From: an uncultured Planctomycetota bacterium
GTDB taxonomy: Bacteria > Planctomycetota > Planctomycetia > Isosphaerales > Isosphaeraceae
Direction of reading: 5' to 3'
DNA: 64,000 nt
Assembly: GCA_963823665.1 (NCBI GenBank)
Contig: CAWGMQ010000008.1
Coordinates: forward strand, 2,112,001-2,176,000
Both the position numbers and the translations under genes were made by a program. Shown here one piece after another: positions 10,709-19,490 of this stretch (the first letter of the stretch is position 1; the number at the start of each line of letters is the position of its first letter). The notes under the pieces were generated by a model that worked only from the letters and a program-made list of their open reading frames with translations, had not been told where the DNA came from and ran no database searches.

Positions 10709-13020
10709 TGCAATCACGATTCGCAACGTGCGCCGCTGCCACCAACTTGCATCGCCTGAATGGTTCGCGCTTCAGGAAGGGCGAGGCCTGGCTGTTGAAA
10801 ACTTGCGATCGACGAAGCGGCGAGTTCCCGCCGTGTGCGTTGCGCAAAGCTTCCCCCCCTTCAGAAGGGGGGGCCAGGGGTGGGATGTTGGAACCTCGTA
10901 GTATGCGGACCGGAGATTTCCCGGCGCGAATGTTGCGCCAAATTTCCCCCCCTTTGGAAGGGGGGGCCAGGGGGGGTGCATTCCAGCGGCCGCCATCACA
11001 AAACCGTCGCGCAACAGAAAACGCCGAGTCGTGCACCTCGAAGTTCGCCAATACGGCCCGCTTTTCACCAGACCGCTCTGGCCCTTCCCAGCACCGCCGC
11101 GCCACGCGGTCGTGCCGCGTGCTTGCCCTCTGCGGCATGCTGCTAGCTACCGCGCTGCCAGCAGCCGCTCAGGACCCTGCCAGCACGGCCAAGGTCGACG
11201 CTCTGCTCCGCCTGGTTCCTTCGGACGCGGCCGTCGTTCTTACAGTCGAAGGCCTTCGCGAACAGCTTCATGCCTTCACGTCCTCTCGCTTGTTCGCCGG
11301 CTTGAAGCAGCTTCCCACGGTGAAAACCTGGATCGAATCCGAAAAGGCGCAGCAGCTCAGGCGCTCACGTGACCAGATCGAGACGGTGCTCGGTATCAAA
11401 CTCAAGAACATCTGCGACGACCTGATCGGTGACGCCGTCATCCTGGCCCTTCGGCTTCCCCCGGAGGCACCGGCTGATTCGAGTCAGGCCCGCGGCCTTT
11501 TGCTCTTCCAGGCGAGAAATCGGGCTCTGCTCGAGCGGTTGATCGAGGCAGTCAACGACAAGCAGCAAACTGGCGGCGAGCTGGCCCGCGTGGTCGCGCG
11601 GGACCATCGCGGAACCGCCTACCACATGCGCGAATTTCCTCCGGCGGCTTCACGGCCGTCCGAATGGTACGTCACCTATCCCGACGGAACGTTCGCGTTC
11701 TCCAACTCCGAATCCTTGATCCAGTCGGTGATCGACCGCAAGGATCGAAATCCGGCGCGAGGCACCACGGCACCCCCGCGCGACGCAGGCAACCCGGGTG
11801 CCACCCTCGACGGGGGTTTGAACGCTCTGCCGCGTTTCCAGGCCGTCAAGCGCCGCCAGAACGCGAAAGCCCTGGCTCGCCTGTTCATCGAACCACGGCA
11901 GGTCGAACGGCTCATCGCCGCATCGCCGCGATCCGGGAAAGCCTCCGATGCCAGAATCATGGAAATGCTCGAGCGTTATCTGAAAGCTGTCGAATACGCA
12001 GGAGCAACGCTTGAGTGGAGCGACGCCGGAATCGTCCTCCACACTGTCGAAACCCTCGATCGTTCCAAGCTCGAGCCCTGGCTCGTGCGATGGGCGGGCG
12101 ATCAAGCTCAAGTTGATCCCACACTGGCCCGCGTGCCTGCCACCGCGATCGCTCTGGCCTCGGGCCATCTCGACCCCCCCGCCTTCTACGAGGCACTTTG
12201 CCAGATCGTCCCCGAGCAAGACCGAACCAAGCTCACGAACCTGGAAACCCTCTTTGGCGGCCTTCTGCTCGGTCAAGATCTGCGCACGCGAATCCTGCCG
12301 CAGCTCGGACCGGGCGTGATCGCGTATCTGGAGTCGCCCCCGGACGAACCCTCGAACGCCGGTGTGAGCGCGGCGATAGCGCCCGAACCAGCTTCATCGT
12401 CCAGCGTCTTCGCCGGCGTGCTCGTGACAAGTCTGCGAAAAGGCAACGGTGCACCCCCCGAAGCTGAGCCATCCGCGAGCCGGGTTACAGCCGCCGCGGC
12501 AATCGAAAACGCCCTGCACACCGTGCTCGCCCTCGCGGCGCTCGATGAAAAACGGAACAACGGCCGGTCGCAGATCATCACCCGCCCCGTAGCCGACGCG
12601 AACGTGACGGCGCTGAGCTCGTCCACCCCGTTTGCATACGCGCTTGACGACGCTGGTTCGCGCTTGATCCTGAGCACGTCTCCCGAAGCCGCTGCGCGCT
12701 ACCTGGAAACCGCCTCGAAACGCGAGGCCGGAGCACGGTTTCGCCAGTTTCGGGCCAGAGCGTTTCCCGACGCCCTGACTTTCCTGTGCGTCGATCTGAG
12801 CGCCCTCTCAACCCTCGCCGGCCGCCGTCACGACCAGCTTGTCGAGCTTCTGGCAACCCGCAAGAACCGGCCCGCCGCGGACGTGGAGCGAGACCTCGCC
12901 CAGGTCGTGGCCTTGGCCAGATTGTTCGATGCCGCCTTCCTGACAAGCCGCTTTGAGCCCGAAGCCGCCGCCGTGCACCGGCGGGCCGGGCTCATCATTC
13001 TCGATCCGGGCGGAAAATGA
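10708..13020 (+). CDS. Exported hypothetical protein of the sigma/anti-sigma operon, with a repeat-containing N-terminal extension
   Basis: 770-aa ORF, TGATG-coupled to the anti-sigma stop. Signal-like segment VLALCGMLLATALPAAAQ near residue 140, then LLRLVPSDAAVVL. True start uncertain. Confidence 0.75.
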   Translation: MQSRFATCAAATNLHRLNGSRFRKGEAWLLKTCDRRSGEFPPCALRKASPPSEGGARGGMLEPRSMRTGDFPARMLRQISPPLEGGARGGAFQRPPSQNRRATENAESCTSKFANTARFSPDRSGPSQHRRATRSCRVLALCGMLLATALPAAAQDPASTAKVDALLRLVPSDAAVVLTVEGLREQLHAFTSSRLFAGLKQLPTVKTWIESEKAQQLRRSRDQIETVLGIKLKNICDDLIGDAVILALRLPPEAPADSSQARGLLLFQARNRALLERLIEAVNDKQQTGGELARVVARDHRGTAYHMREFPPAASRPSEWYVTYPDGTFAFSNSESLIQSVIDRKDRNPARGTTAPPRDAGNPGATLDGGLNALPRFQAVKRRQNAKALARLFIEPRQVERLIAASPRSGKASDARIMEMLERYLKAVEYAGATLEWSDAGIVLHTVETLDRSKLEPWLVRWAGDQAQVDPTLARVPATAIALASGHLDPPAFYEALCQIVPEQDRTKLTNLETLFGGLLLGQDLRTRILPQLGPGVIAYLESPPDEPSNAGVSAAIAPEPASSSSVFAGVLVTSLRKGNGAPPEAEPSASRVTAAAAIENALHTVLALAALDEKRNNGRSQIITRPVADANVTALSSSTPFAYALDDAGSRLILSTSPEAAARYLETASKREAGARFRQFRARAFPDALTFLCVDLSALSTLAGRRHDQLVELLATRKNRPAADVERDLAQVVALARLFDAAFLTSRFEPEAAAVHRRAGLIILDPGGK
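10825..10977. repeat. Two copies (93-nt period) of a REP-like palindromic element C7-TT-N3-AA-G7-CCA-G-run
   Basis: CCCCCCCTTCAGAAGGGGGGGCCAGGGGTGGG at 10853-10884 and CCCCCCCTTTGGAAGGGGGGGCCAGGGGGG from 10946. Both are preceded by TTCCCG..GTTGCGC.AA. Confidence 0.9.
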
Positions 13021-13130
13021 GTCCTGCGACCGGGTACTGTCGCACTCACTCAAGGGATGTAAAGGACCAGATCGCCGTTGAGAACCGGGGTTTTCGACCG
13101 CAATCGGGCTTTGAGCTCCTCGATCGTCGT

Positions 13131-13502
13131 TCAGAGGACGTAGGTTACGATGTCGACCCATGAACTACGTCGGTTGTCGAGCACGACCAGCTCAAGCCAC
13201 GAAAGAACGACCGCTACCGTGGCGCTCGGCCGGATAACGAACACGCCCGGGGAAGTTCGACCGAGACGAAGATGTGCGGCCAGCTCTGCAGGAAAAGTCG
13301 CCATGTCTTCCGTGAGTATGATTCGATCAACGCGCTCCGCCCAGATGAGGATGTCCGCATCGATGGAGCCGAGAGGTAGATCACCCGGGTCGCCAACCCG
13401 AGTTGCATCGATCGGTGGCCGTCCGGCAAGGTTATAGTGACGGATCACCGGCCAGAGCGGTTTTCCGCGCAGCTTCTCGTCGAGCACGAAGGCGATGGCC
13501 AT
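13131..13502 (-). CDS. DUF5615-like PIN-domain toxin
   Basis: FVLDE N-terminus, LPLGSIDADILIWAE..RIILTED, SPGVFVIR; lies directly after a DUF433-like gene. Confidence 0.82.
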   Translation of the reverse strand: MAIAFVLDEKLRGKPLWPVIRHYNLAGRPPIDATRVGDPGDLPLGSIDADILIWAERVDRIILTEDMATFPAELAAHLRLGRTSPGVFVIRPSATVAVVLSWLELVVLDNRRSSWVDIVTYVL

Positions 13503-13505
13503 CGG

Positions 13506-13862
13506 TCAGGATTCCGGCTGCGATGCCGGGGCCTTTCGATCCGCGACGAGCCGCCCGATTCGCAACGCGGCCGGGCTGGGTTGATAAGCCGCGTACTGCC
13601 GGTCGAGCTCAGCTTGATAGTCGGCTACGTAAGGATCGACCAGAGCGCGGTTTTGGTCGGCAAAAGCCAGCACTTCGGCTATCAGATCCGGCGCCAGCTC
13701 GAAGTTCGTGGCGATCGTCGCCGGCGACTCGCCAAGTCCACGGTGGGCTTTCACGATATGGAAAAGCCCGATCCGCCGGCCCGACACACGCACCTCACCA
13801 TCCGGGCTCCAGTGCAGGCAGGACGGAAGCGCGCGGATCAATGCCTCAGGCCGGTTCATCAT
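13506..13862 (-). CDS. DUF433-like antitoxin
   Basis: GEVRVSGRRIGLFHIV...GESPATIATNFEL...IAEVLAF pattern; 3 nt upstream of the PIN-like gene. Confidence 0.78.
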   Translation of the reverse strand: MMNRPEALIRALPSCLHWSPDGEVRVSGRRIGLFHIVKAHRGLGESPATIATNFELAPDLIAEVLAFADQNRALVDPYVADYQAELDRQYAAYQPSPAALRIGRLVADRKAPASQPES

Positions 13863-14054
13863 TGGTTCCTCATGGAATCGCTTCTCGCGAGGAGGCCAGT
13901 TGTTGAGAACTTGCGAAGATTCATGGCGCTACTCGAACCTCGTGCACTCTCTATATGCCAGTCTACGCAAAGCGACAAGTCTCTGTCAGTGGCGTGTCGG
14001 GAGATGAGCAAAAGGCTCCGATGAACCTTAACCCTTCAGCGGTGTTCGCCACCC

Positions 14055-15173
14055 TCACCCCGGCGGCGGTGTATCCGGCTGAATCGTGCTGTTGACCGTT
14101 CCATACGCGATGTCGACTCCGCTGATACTTCCCCCTGCGCGGATGTTGGCGTTGATCAGACTGTTCTGGGCCGTATTTCCTCCCAGGATGCTGAGCCCAT
14201 TGATGGTCAGCCCGACCCCCAGGTCGAAGAACGTTGGCGCAGCCGTGCCGCCCTGTCCTTGAAAGAGACCCTCGACGACCATGTCGCCCAGCACTCCGTT
14301 CACGACAATGCCGCTGCCGCTGGGATCGACAATCACGTTGCCGTTCACGGTCAGGTCGCTAAGATTGCGGCCAACCATGAGCTGGCCACCGGAATCAAGC
14401 TCCAGGTTACCATTGACCGTGAGCGAATCGTCGAGGTCTCGGCCTACCGAAAAGAGACCGTCGTGACTGATGGTCATGTTGTCCAGAATCGAGATCGGCG
14501 CCAACGAATCCTGACCGATCACGAACCGCCCACCATCGAGGTCCAGACTGCCGATCGTCATCACGCCGATCAGCGAGGCCGTGCTGGTCGAACCTGTGGG
14601 TAGAGCGGTGTTCAGCCCTCCCGAAATCGAGACCAGGCCCGTGGGACCGAGATTGATCGTCGAAACTGCCATCACGCCTACGCTGCCGTCAACCTCCACA
14701 TGCGCTCGGGGCCCGAGCTCGCCGAGCGTGAGAGTTTCCATCGTGTTCATGAGCGGAGTCATGGTCCCCGTCAGTTTCGCTGCGGAGGCATCCAATCCGC
14801 CGAGCTGATCAGACGTGACAGTCAGCTTGTCGATCGAAAGAAGCTGACTGGGGAAGTGGTAGCGCGGGCGCACCTGGCTGACACTGAGGGTGGTATCCGC
14901 GTTCGTCCCGAATGCCGTCAAATCAATCGCACCCTTGCCCGCGGGATGCACCTTGAAGACGCCCGGACCCTCTACCTGGATCCGAAACACCCCGCCGCTG
15001 GACAAGATGTTCCGGACCGCCGACGGCCCGGTATAAACCGAGAGCAGTGCCCGCCCCTCGAGAGTTTCAATCGCGGGGGTGATCCTCGATCGCCGCCGCT
15101 GCGGCCGAGCCCGCCCGAGGCGATGAATCGCGACCGTCGCGCCAAGTGCACTTCGCTTCGCCCACGGAAACAT
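14055..15173 (-). CDS. Planctomycete extracellular (LEPR-XLL motif) protein with Gly-rich beta-solenoid-like body
   Basis: RRRSRITPAIETLEGRALLS motif; repeated VGR.L..LTVNGN units; GAGGAGGG before ATG 15173. Confidence 0.8.
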   Translation of the reverse strand: MFPWAKRSALGATVAIHRLGRARPQRRRSRITPAIETLEGRALLSVYTGPSAVRNILSSGGVFRIQVEGPGVFKVHPAGKGAIDLTAFGTNADTTLSVSQVRPRYHFPSQLLSIDKLTVTSDQLGGLDASAAKLTGTMTPLMNTMETLTLGELGPRAHVEVDGSVGVMAVSTINLGPTGLVSISGGLNTALPTGSTSTASLIGVMTIGSLDLDGGRFVIGQDSLAPISILDNMTISHDGLFSVGRDLDDSLTVNGNLELDSGGQLMVGRNLSDLTVNGNVIVDPSGSGIVVNGVLGDMVVEGLFQGQGGTAAPTFFDLGVGLTINGLSILGGNTAQNSLINANIRAGGSISGVDIAYGTVNSTIQPDTPPPG

Positions 15174-15582
15174 GCAGCCCGCTCCCTCCTCGGCACGCAA
15201 TCCGGCATTTCCTTGAACCGACGGCGCCGTTTGCGTAACCCGCAAAGTCGAGCAATCCGGACGATTCCGTCCTTTGCCGGGTTTGCGGGCGATCTCCTCG
15301 TCTTCATTCAATTCGGTCACCGAGGCGCTCCGACTTTTCAGTTGACGCGAAAGTCTTTGGTTCCGATGCCAGGATCAAGGGGAAGAATCTCCTGGCCTGG
15401 CGAGGCTTCCGACGGTATCTTAAACGGTAGTGTGAGGACCCTCCGCCCTTGAGACTTGCCCGCCGGAATCTGAGCCCTCAGAGCCTCTGACCGAATCTGA
15501 TCCCGGGCTCGATTTTTCGGACGGGCGCTTGCCGAGCCCGCGCGGCGCCACCGCGCGTGAAAACTCATCCGGGAGACGTTGC

Positions 15583-16959
15583 ATGCTCCAGTTGACCGGT
15601 AAAGGAAAGACCTTCACTTGCAGCGGCGTCAGCCGGCGAGATTTCCTGCAGGCCGGCACGCTCGGCGCGATCGGCTTCGGCCTGCCGCAGTGGTTCGCCG
15701 CCTGCGCCTCCGGCGCGGTCAAGCCGGAAGCCGACGACCGCGCCTGCATCATGATCTTCAACCTGGGCGCACCCAGCAACATGGACCTCTGGGACATGAA
15801 GCCCGATGCTCCCGCCGAGATCCGCGGGCCATTCAAGCCCGTGTCCACCGCCTCGACGGCGATCCAGGTTTCCGAAATCCTGCCCCGGATGGCCGCGGCC
15901 GCCGACAAGTTTTCGCTCGTGCGCTCGGTCCATCACGGCGGTGCCGCCGTCCACGACGCCGGCTGGCAGATGATGCAAACAGGCCGGCTTTTTAGCGGCG
16001 GCGTCAACACGCCGCATGTCGGCTCGGCGGTCGGTTACCTGCGCGGCCGCAAAACCGATTTGCCCCCCTTCGTGGTACTCCCCGAGTTGATGGGCCGGGG
16101 CGGCGGCAACCTGCCCAACGGCCAGGCCGGCGGCTTCCTCGGCAAGGCGCATGACCCGTTCGCGCTCAACGCCGATCCCTCCAAACCAGGCTTCCGCGTG
16201 CCCGACCTGCTCCCTCCCAAAGAAATCGGCTCGGTGCGCCTGGAACGCCGCCGCAAGATTCGCGAGCTCGTCGATGACGCGGTCGCCACCTTTGAAGCCT
16301 CCGAGAACGCCGCGCTTCTGGACGGCAACTTCCATTCGGCATTCCGGCTCATGACCAGCCGGCAAGCTCGCGAGGCATTTGACCTCTCCCAGGAGACAAC
16401 CGTCACCCGCGAGCGCTACGGCATGACTCGGCTCGGCCAGTGCTGCCTGCTCGCTCGCCGGCTGATCGAGGGTGGCGTGCGCTTTGTCACGATCAACGCG
16501 TTCCTCACCGTGTTCGACGAGATCACGTGGGATATACACGGCTCAAAACCCTTCACCTCGATCGAGGGCATGCGCGACATCGTCTGCCCGATGTACGACC
16601 AGGCCTACACCGCGCTCCTGGAAGACCTCTCGCAACGGGGCATGCTTGACTCGACCCTCGTGTGCAACCTGGCCGAATTCGGCCGCACGCCGCGGGTCAA
16701 CCCCGCGGGCGGGCGCGACCACTGGCCGCTCTGCTACACCGTGGCGTTCGCCGGCGGCGGCGTCAAAGGAGGCAGGGTTGTCGGCGCCAGCGATCCGATC
16801 GGCGCCGTGCCCGCCGATCGCCCCGTCGAGCCAGCCGATATCGCCGCCACGATCTTCCACAGCCTGGGCCTCAACCTCGAAACCAATCTCCCCGGACCGG
16901 CGGGGCGGCCGTTCCCTCTGGTCGACGCCGGACATCGCGAAATTCAAGAGCTTTTCTGA
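15583..16959 (+). CDS. DUF1501 domain protein with Tat-like signal
   Basis: SRRDFLQAG, GAPSNMDLWDMKP, CLLARRLIEGGVRFV, TWDIHG, EFGRTPRVN..GRDHW. Confidence 0.93.
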   Translation: MLQLTGKGKTFTCSGVSRRDFLQAGTLGAIGFGLPQWFAACASGAVKPEADDRACIMIFNLGAPSNMDLWDMKPDAPAEIRGPFKPVSTASTAIQVSEILPRMAAAADKFSLVRSVHHGGAAVHDAGWQMMQTGRLFSGGVNTPHVGSAVGYLRGRKTDLPPFVVLPELMGRGGGNLPNGQAGGFLGKAHDPFALNADPSKPGFRVPDLLPPKEIGSVRLERRRKIRELVDDAVATFEASENAALLDGNFHSAFRLMTSRQAREAFDLSQETTVTRERYGMTRLGQCCLLARRLIEGGVRFVTINAFLTVFDEITWDIHGSKPFTSIEGMRDIVCPMYDQAYTALLEDLSQRGMLDSTLVCNLAEFGRTPRVNPAGGRDHWPLCYTVAFAGGGVKGGRVVGASDPIGAVPADRPVEPADIAATIFHSLGLNLETNLPGPAGRPFPLVDAGHREIQELF

Positions 16960-16982
16960 ACCACGCAAGGCGAAACCCGCTT

Positions 16983-19483
16983 ATGACCCGCCATCCCCTT
17001 GTGCTCGCCGCGCTCGTAGTCGCTTTCCCATGCCTGACCCACGCCGCGGCCGCCGAGAATCTCACGCTGTTGCCATCCAGGTGCGAGTTGACCACGCGAG
17101 AAAGCCGGCAGCGCCTGATCTTGCAGGAGCTCGAGGGCGACGAAGCCGGCCGTCAGATCACCGAGAAGATCGCCTGGTCTTCGAGCGATCCCCAGGTCGC
17201 CACCGTTGTCGATGGCCTGGTCATCCCCGCCCATGACGGCCAGACCACGATCACGGCCAAGGTCGGCGAGAAGCACGCGGCGGCTCAGGTCATCGTTTCG
17301 GGCATGAGCCGCCCGTTCGAGTGGAGCTTCCGCACCCACGTCGAGCCCATGCTGGCCAAGCTCGGCTGCAACTCCGGGGCCTGCCATGGCGCGCTGGCCG
17401 GCAAGGGCGGCTTCAAGCTCTCCCTGCGCGGTTACGATCCAGCGACGGATTACTTCAACGTCGTCAAGCAAGATCGCGGCCGCCGCGTCGAGCTGTCTGA
17501 CCCGGGCCGCAGCCTCGTCCTCGCCAAGCCATCCGGCGCGATCGCCCACAAGGGCGGCATCCGCTTCGCAACCGCCTCGCTCGACTACCGAGTCCTCGCC
17601 GAATGGCTGAGCACGGCGCTGCGCCCCCGAAGGACGATGACCCCCGTGTCCAGCAACTCGAGATCCTCCCGTCGCGATCGATCCAGCACGTCGGCCAGAC
17701 GCAGCAGATCCTGGTCCGGGCCCGCTACTCCGACGGCCGCACCGAAGACATCACGCGCTCGGTGAAATGGTCATCCGCCGATGAGGCTGTTTGCCGCGTC
17801 GACGAACAAGGCAAAACCTCCGTCATCGGGCCGGGTGAAGGCGCCGTCGTGGCCTGGTACGCAAGCCGCCTCGCGATCGCCCGCGTCACGGTCCCTTACG
17901 ACAACAAAATGCCCGCGAAAAGTGATATTGCTGACAAGCGCAAGCCGCGCAACTTCATCGACGAACAGGTCGACAAGCAGCTCACGCGGCTCAATCTGCC
18001 GGCTTCGCCGGCCTGCACCGATGCCGAGTTCGTGCGCCGCGCCTATGTCGATACCATCGGCCGGCCGCCCGAAGTCGACGAGGTCAAGGCCTTCCTCGCC
18101 GATAGCTCTCCCGCCAAGCGTGATGCCTTGATCGAAAGCCTGCTCAAACGGCCCGAGTTCGCCGATTACTGGACTTACAAGTGGTCTGACTTGCTCATGC
18201 TGAGCGGCACGCGGCTGCGGCCCGCTGCGCTCAAGACTTACTATCAATGGATCCACAAACAAGTGGCCGATGGGGCGCCGTGGGACCAGTTCGTCCGGGC
18301 GATCGTCACGGCAACCGGCGAGAGCGTCGAATACGGCCCCACCAACTTCTACGCGCTCTCCCAGTCTCCCGAAGACATGACCGAAAACGTCTCTCAGGCC
18401 TTCCTCGGCCTGTCGATCGGCTGCGCCAAGTGCCACAACCACCCACTCGAGAAATGGACCAACGACCAGTACTACAGCATGGCGAGCCTCTTTGCCCGGG
18501 TGAGAGCAAAAGGCTGGGGCGGCGAGGGACGCTCCGGCGACGGTCGCCGCACGCTGTACGTCGCTGAATCCGGCGAGCTGGTGCAGCCGCGAACGGGCAA
18601 GCCGCAGCCTCCCACGCCGCTCGACGGCAGCCCGCTCGCCTTCGACGACCCGGCCGACCGCCGCGTGAGCCTCGCCAAATGGCTCACCGCGCCGGAAAAC
18701 CCCTATTTCGCCCGCTCGATCGCCAACCGCGTTTGGGCCAACTTTCTCGGCGTCGGCTTGGTCGAGCAGGTCGACGACATGCGAGTTTCAAACCCCGCCA
18801 GCAACGAATCGCTCCTCTCCGCCGCGGCGGATTATCTGGTGAAGCAAAAGTTCGATCTGAAAGCCCTCATGAAGGCCATTCTCCAGTCGAACACATACCA
18901 GCGCACCAGCCGCCCGCTACCGGGAAACCAGGCCGATCGCCGTTTTTATTCCCGGTATTATCCCACGCGGTTGATGGCCGAGGTGCTGCACGACGCGATC
19001 GTGCAAGTGAGCCAGGTGCCGACCAAGTTCGACACGATCATGTTCCCCGGCGGCGACGTGCAGCAAACCGACTTCTATCCCCTCGGCACGCGGGCCGTGC
19101 AGCTCTATGACTCGGCGGTCGAGAATTATTTTCTGCAAACCTTCGGCCGCAATGCGCGGCGCATCGTCTGCGAATGCGAGCGGTCTAGCGAGCCCACAAT
19201 GGTCCAGGTGCTGCACCTCTCCAACGGCATCACGCTCAACGACAAGCTGAAAGCACCCGGCAACCGCCTCGACAAATTGATCAAGCTGCGCCGGGAAGGA
19301 ATGTCGGCCCCAGCCTTGATCGACGAGATCTATCTGGCCAGCCTGGCGCGCTATCCCAGCGACGCCGAGCGCAGCCATCTGATCGCATTGCTACCGCCGC
19401 CGGGTGACTCGAGCGAGCACGAAATCGTTGAAGACATCTTCTGGGGCCTCTTGAGCAGCCGCGAGTTCCTGTTCAATCATTGA
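16983..19483 (+). CDS. DUF1549/DUF1553 (PSD1) protein with Ig-like repeats; frameshift near 17608
   Basis: Signal peptide, WSSSDPQVATV, SFRTHVEPMLAKLGCNSGACHG, EFVRRAYVDTIG, CAKCHNHP, NRVWANFLGVG, CECER, SREFLFNH. Confidence 0.9.
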
Positions 19484-19490
19484 CGGAGAG

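Noticed and set aside
10825..10977. CRISPR array
   Set aside because: Only two imperfect units, similar flanks rather than unique spacers, and no cas genes in the window.
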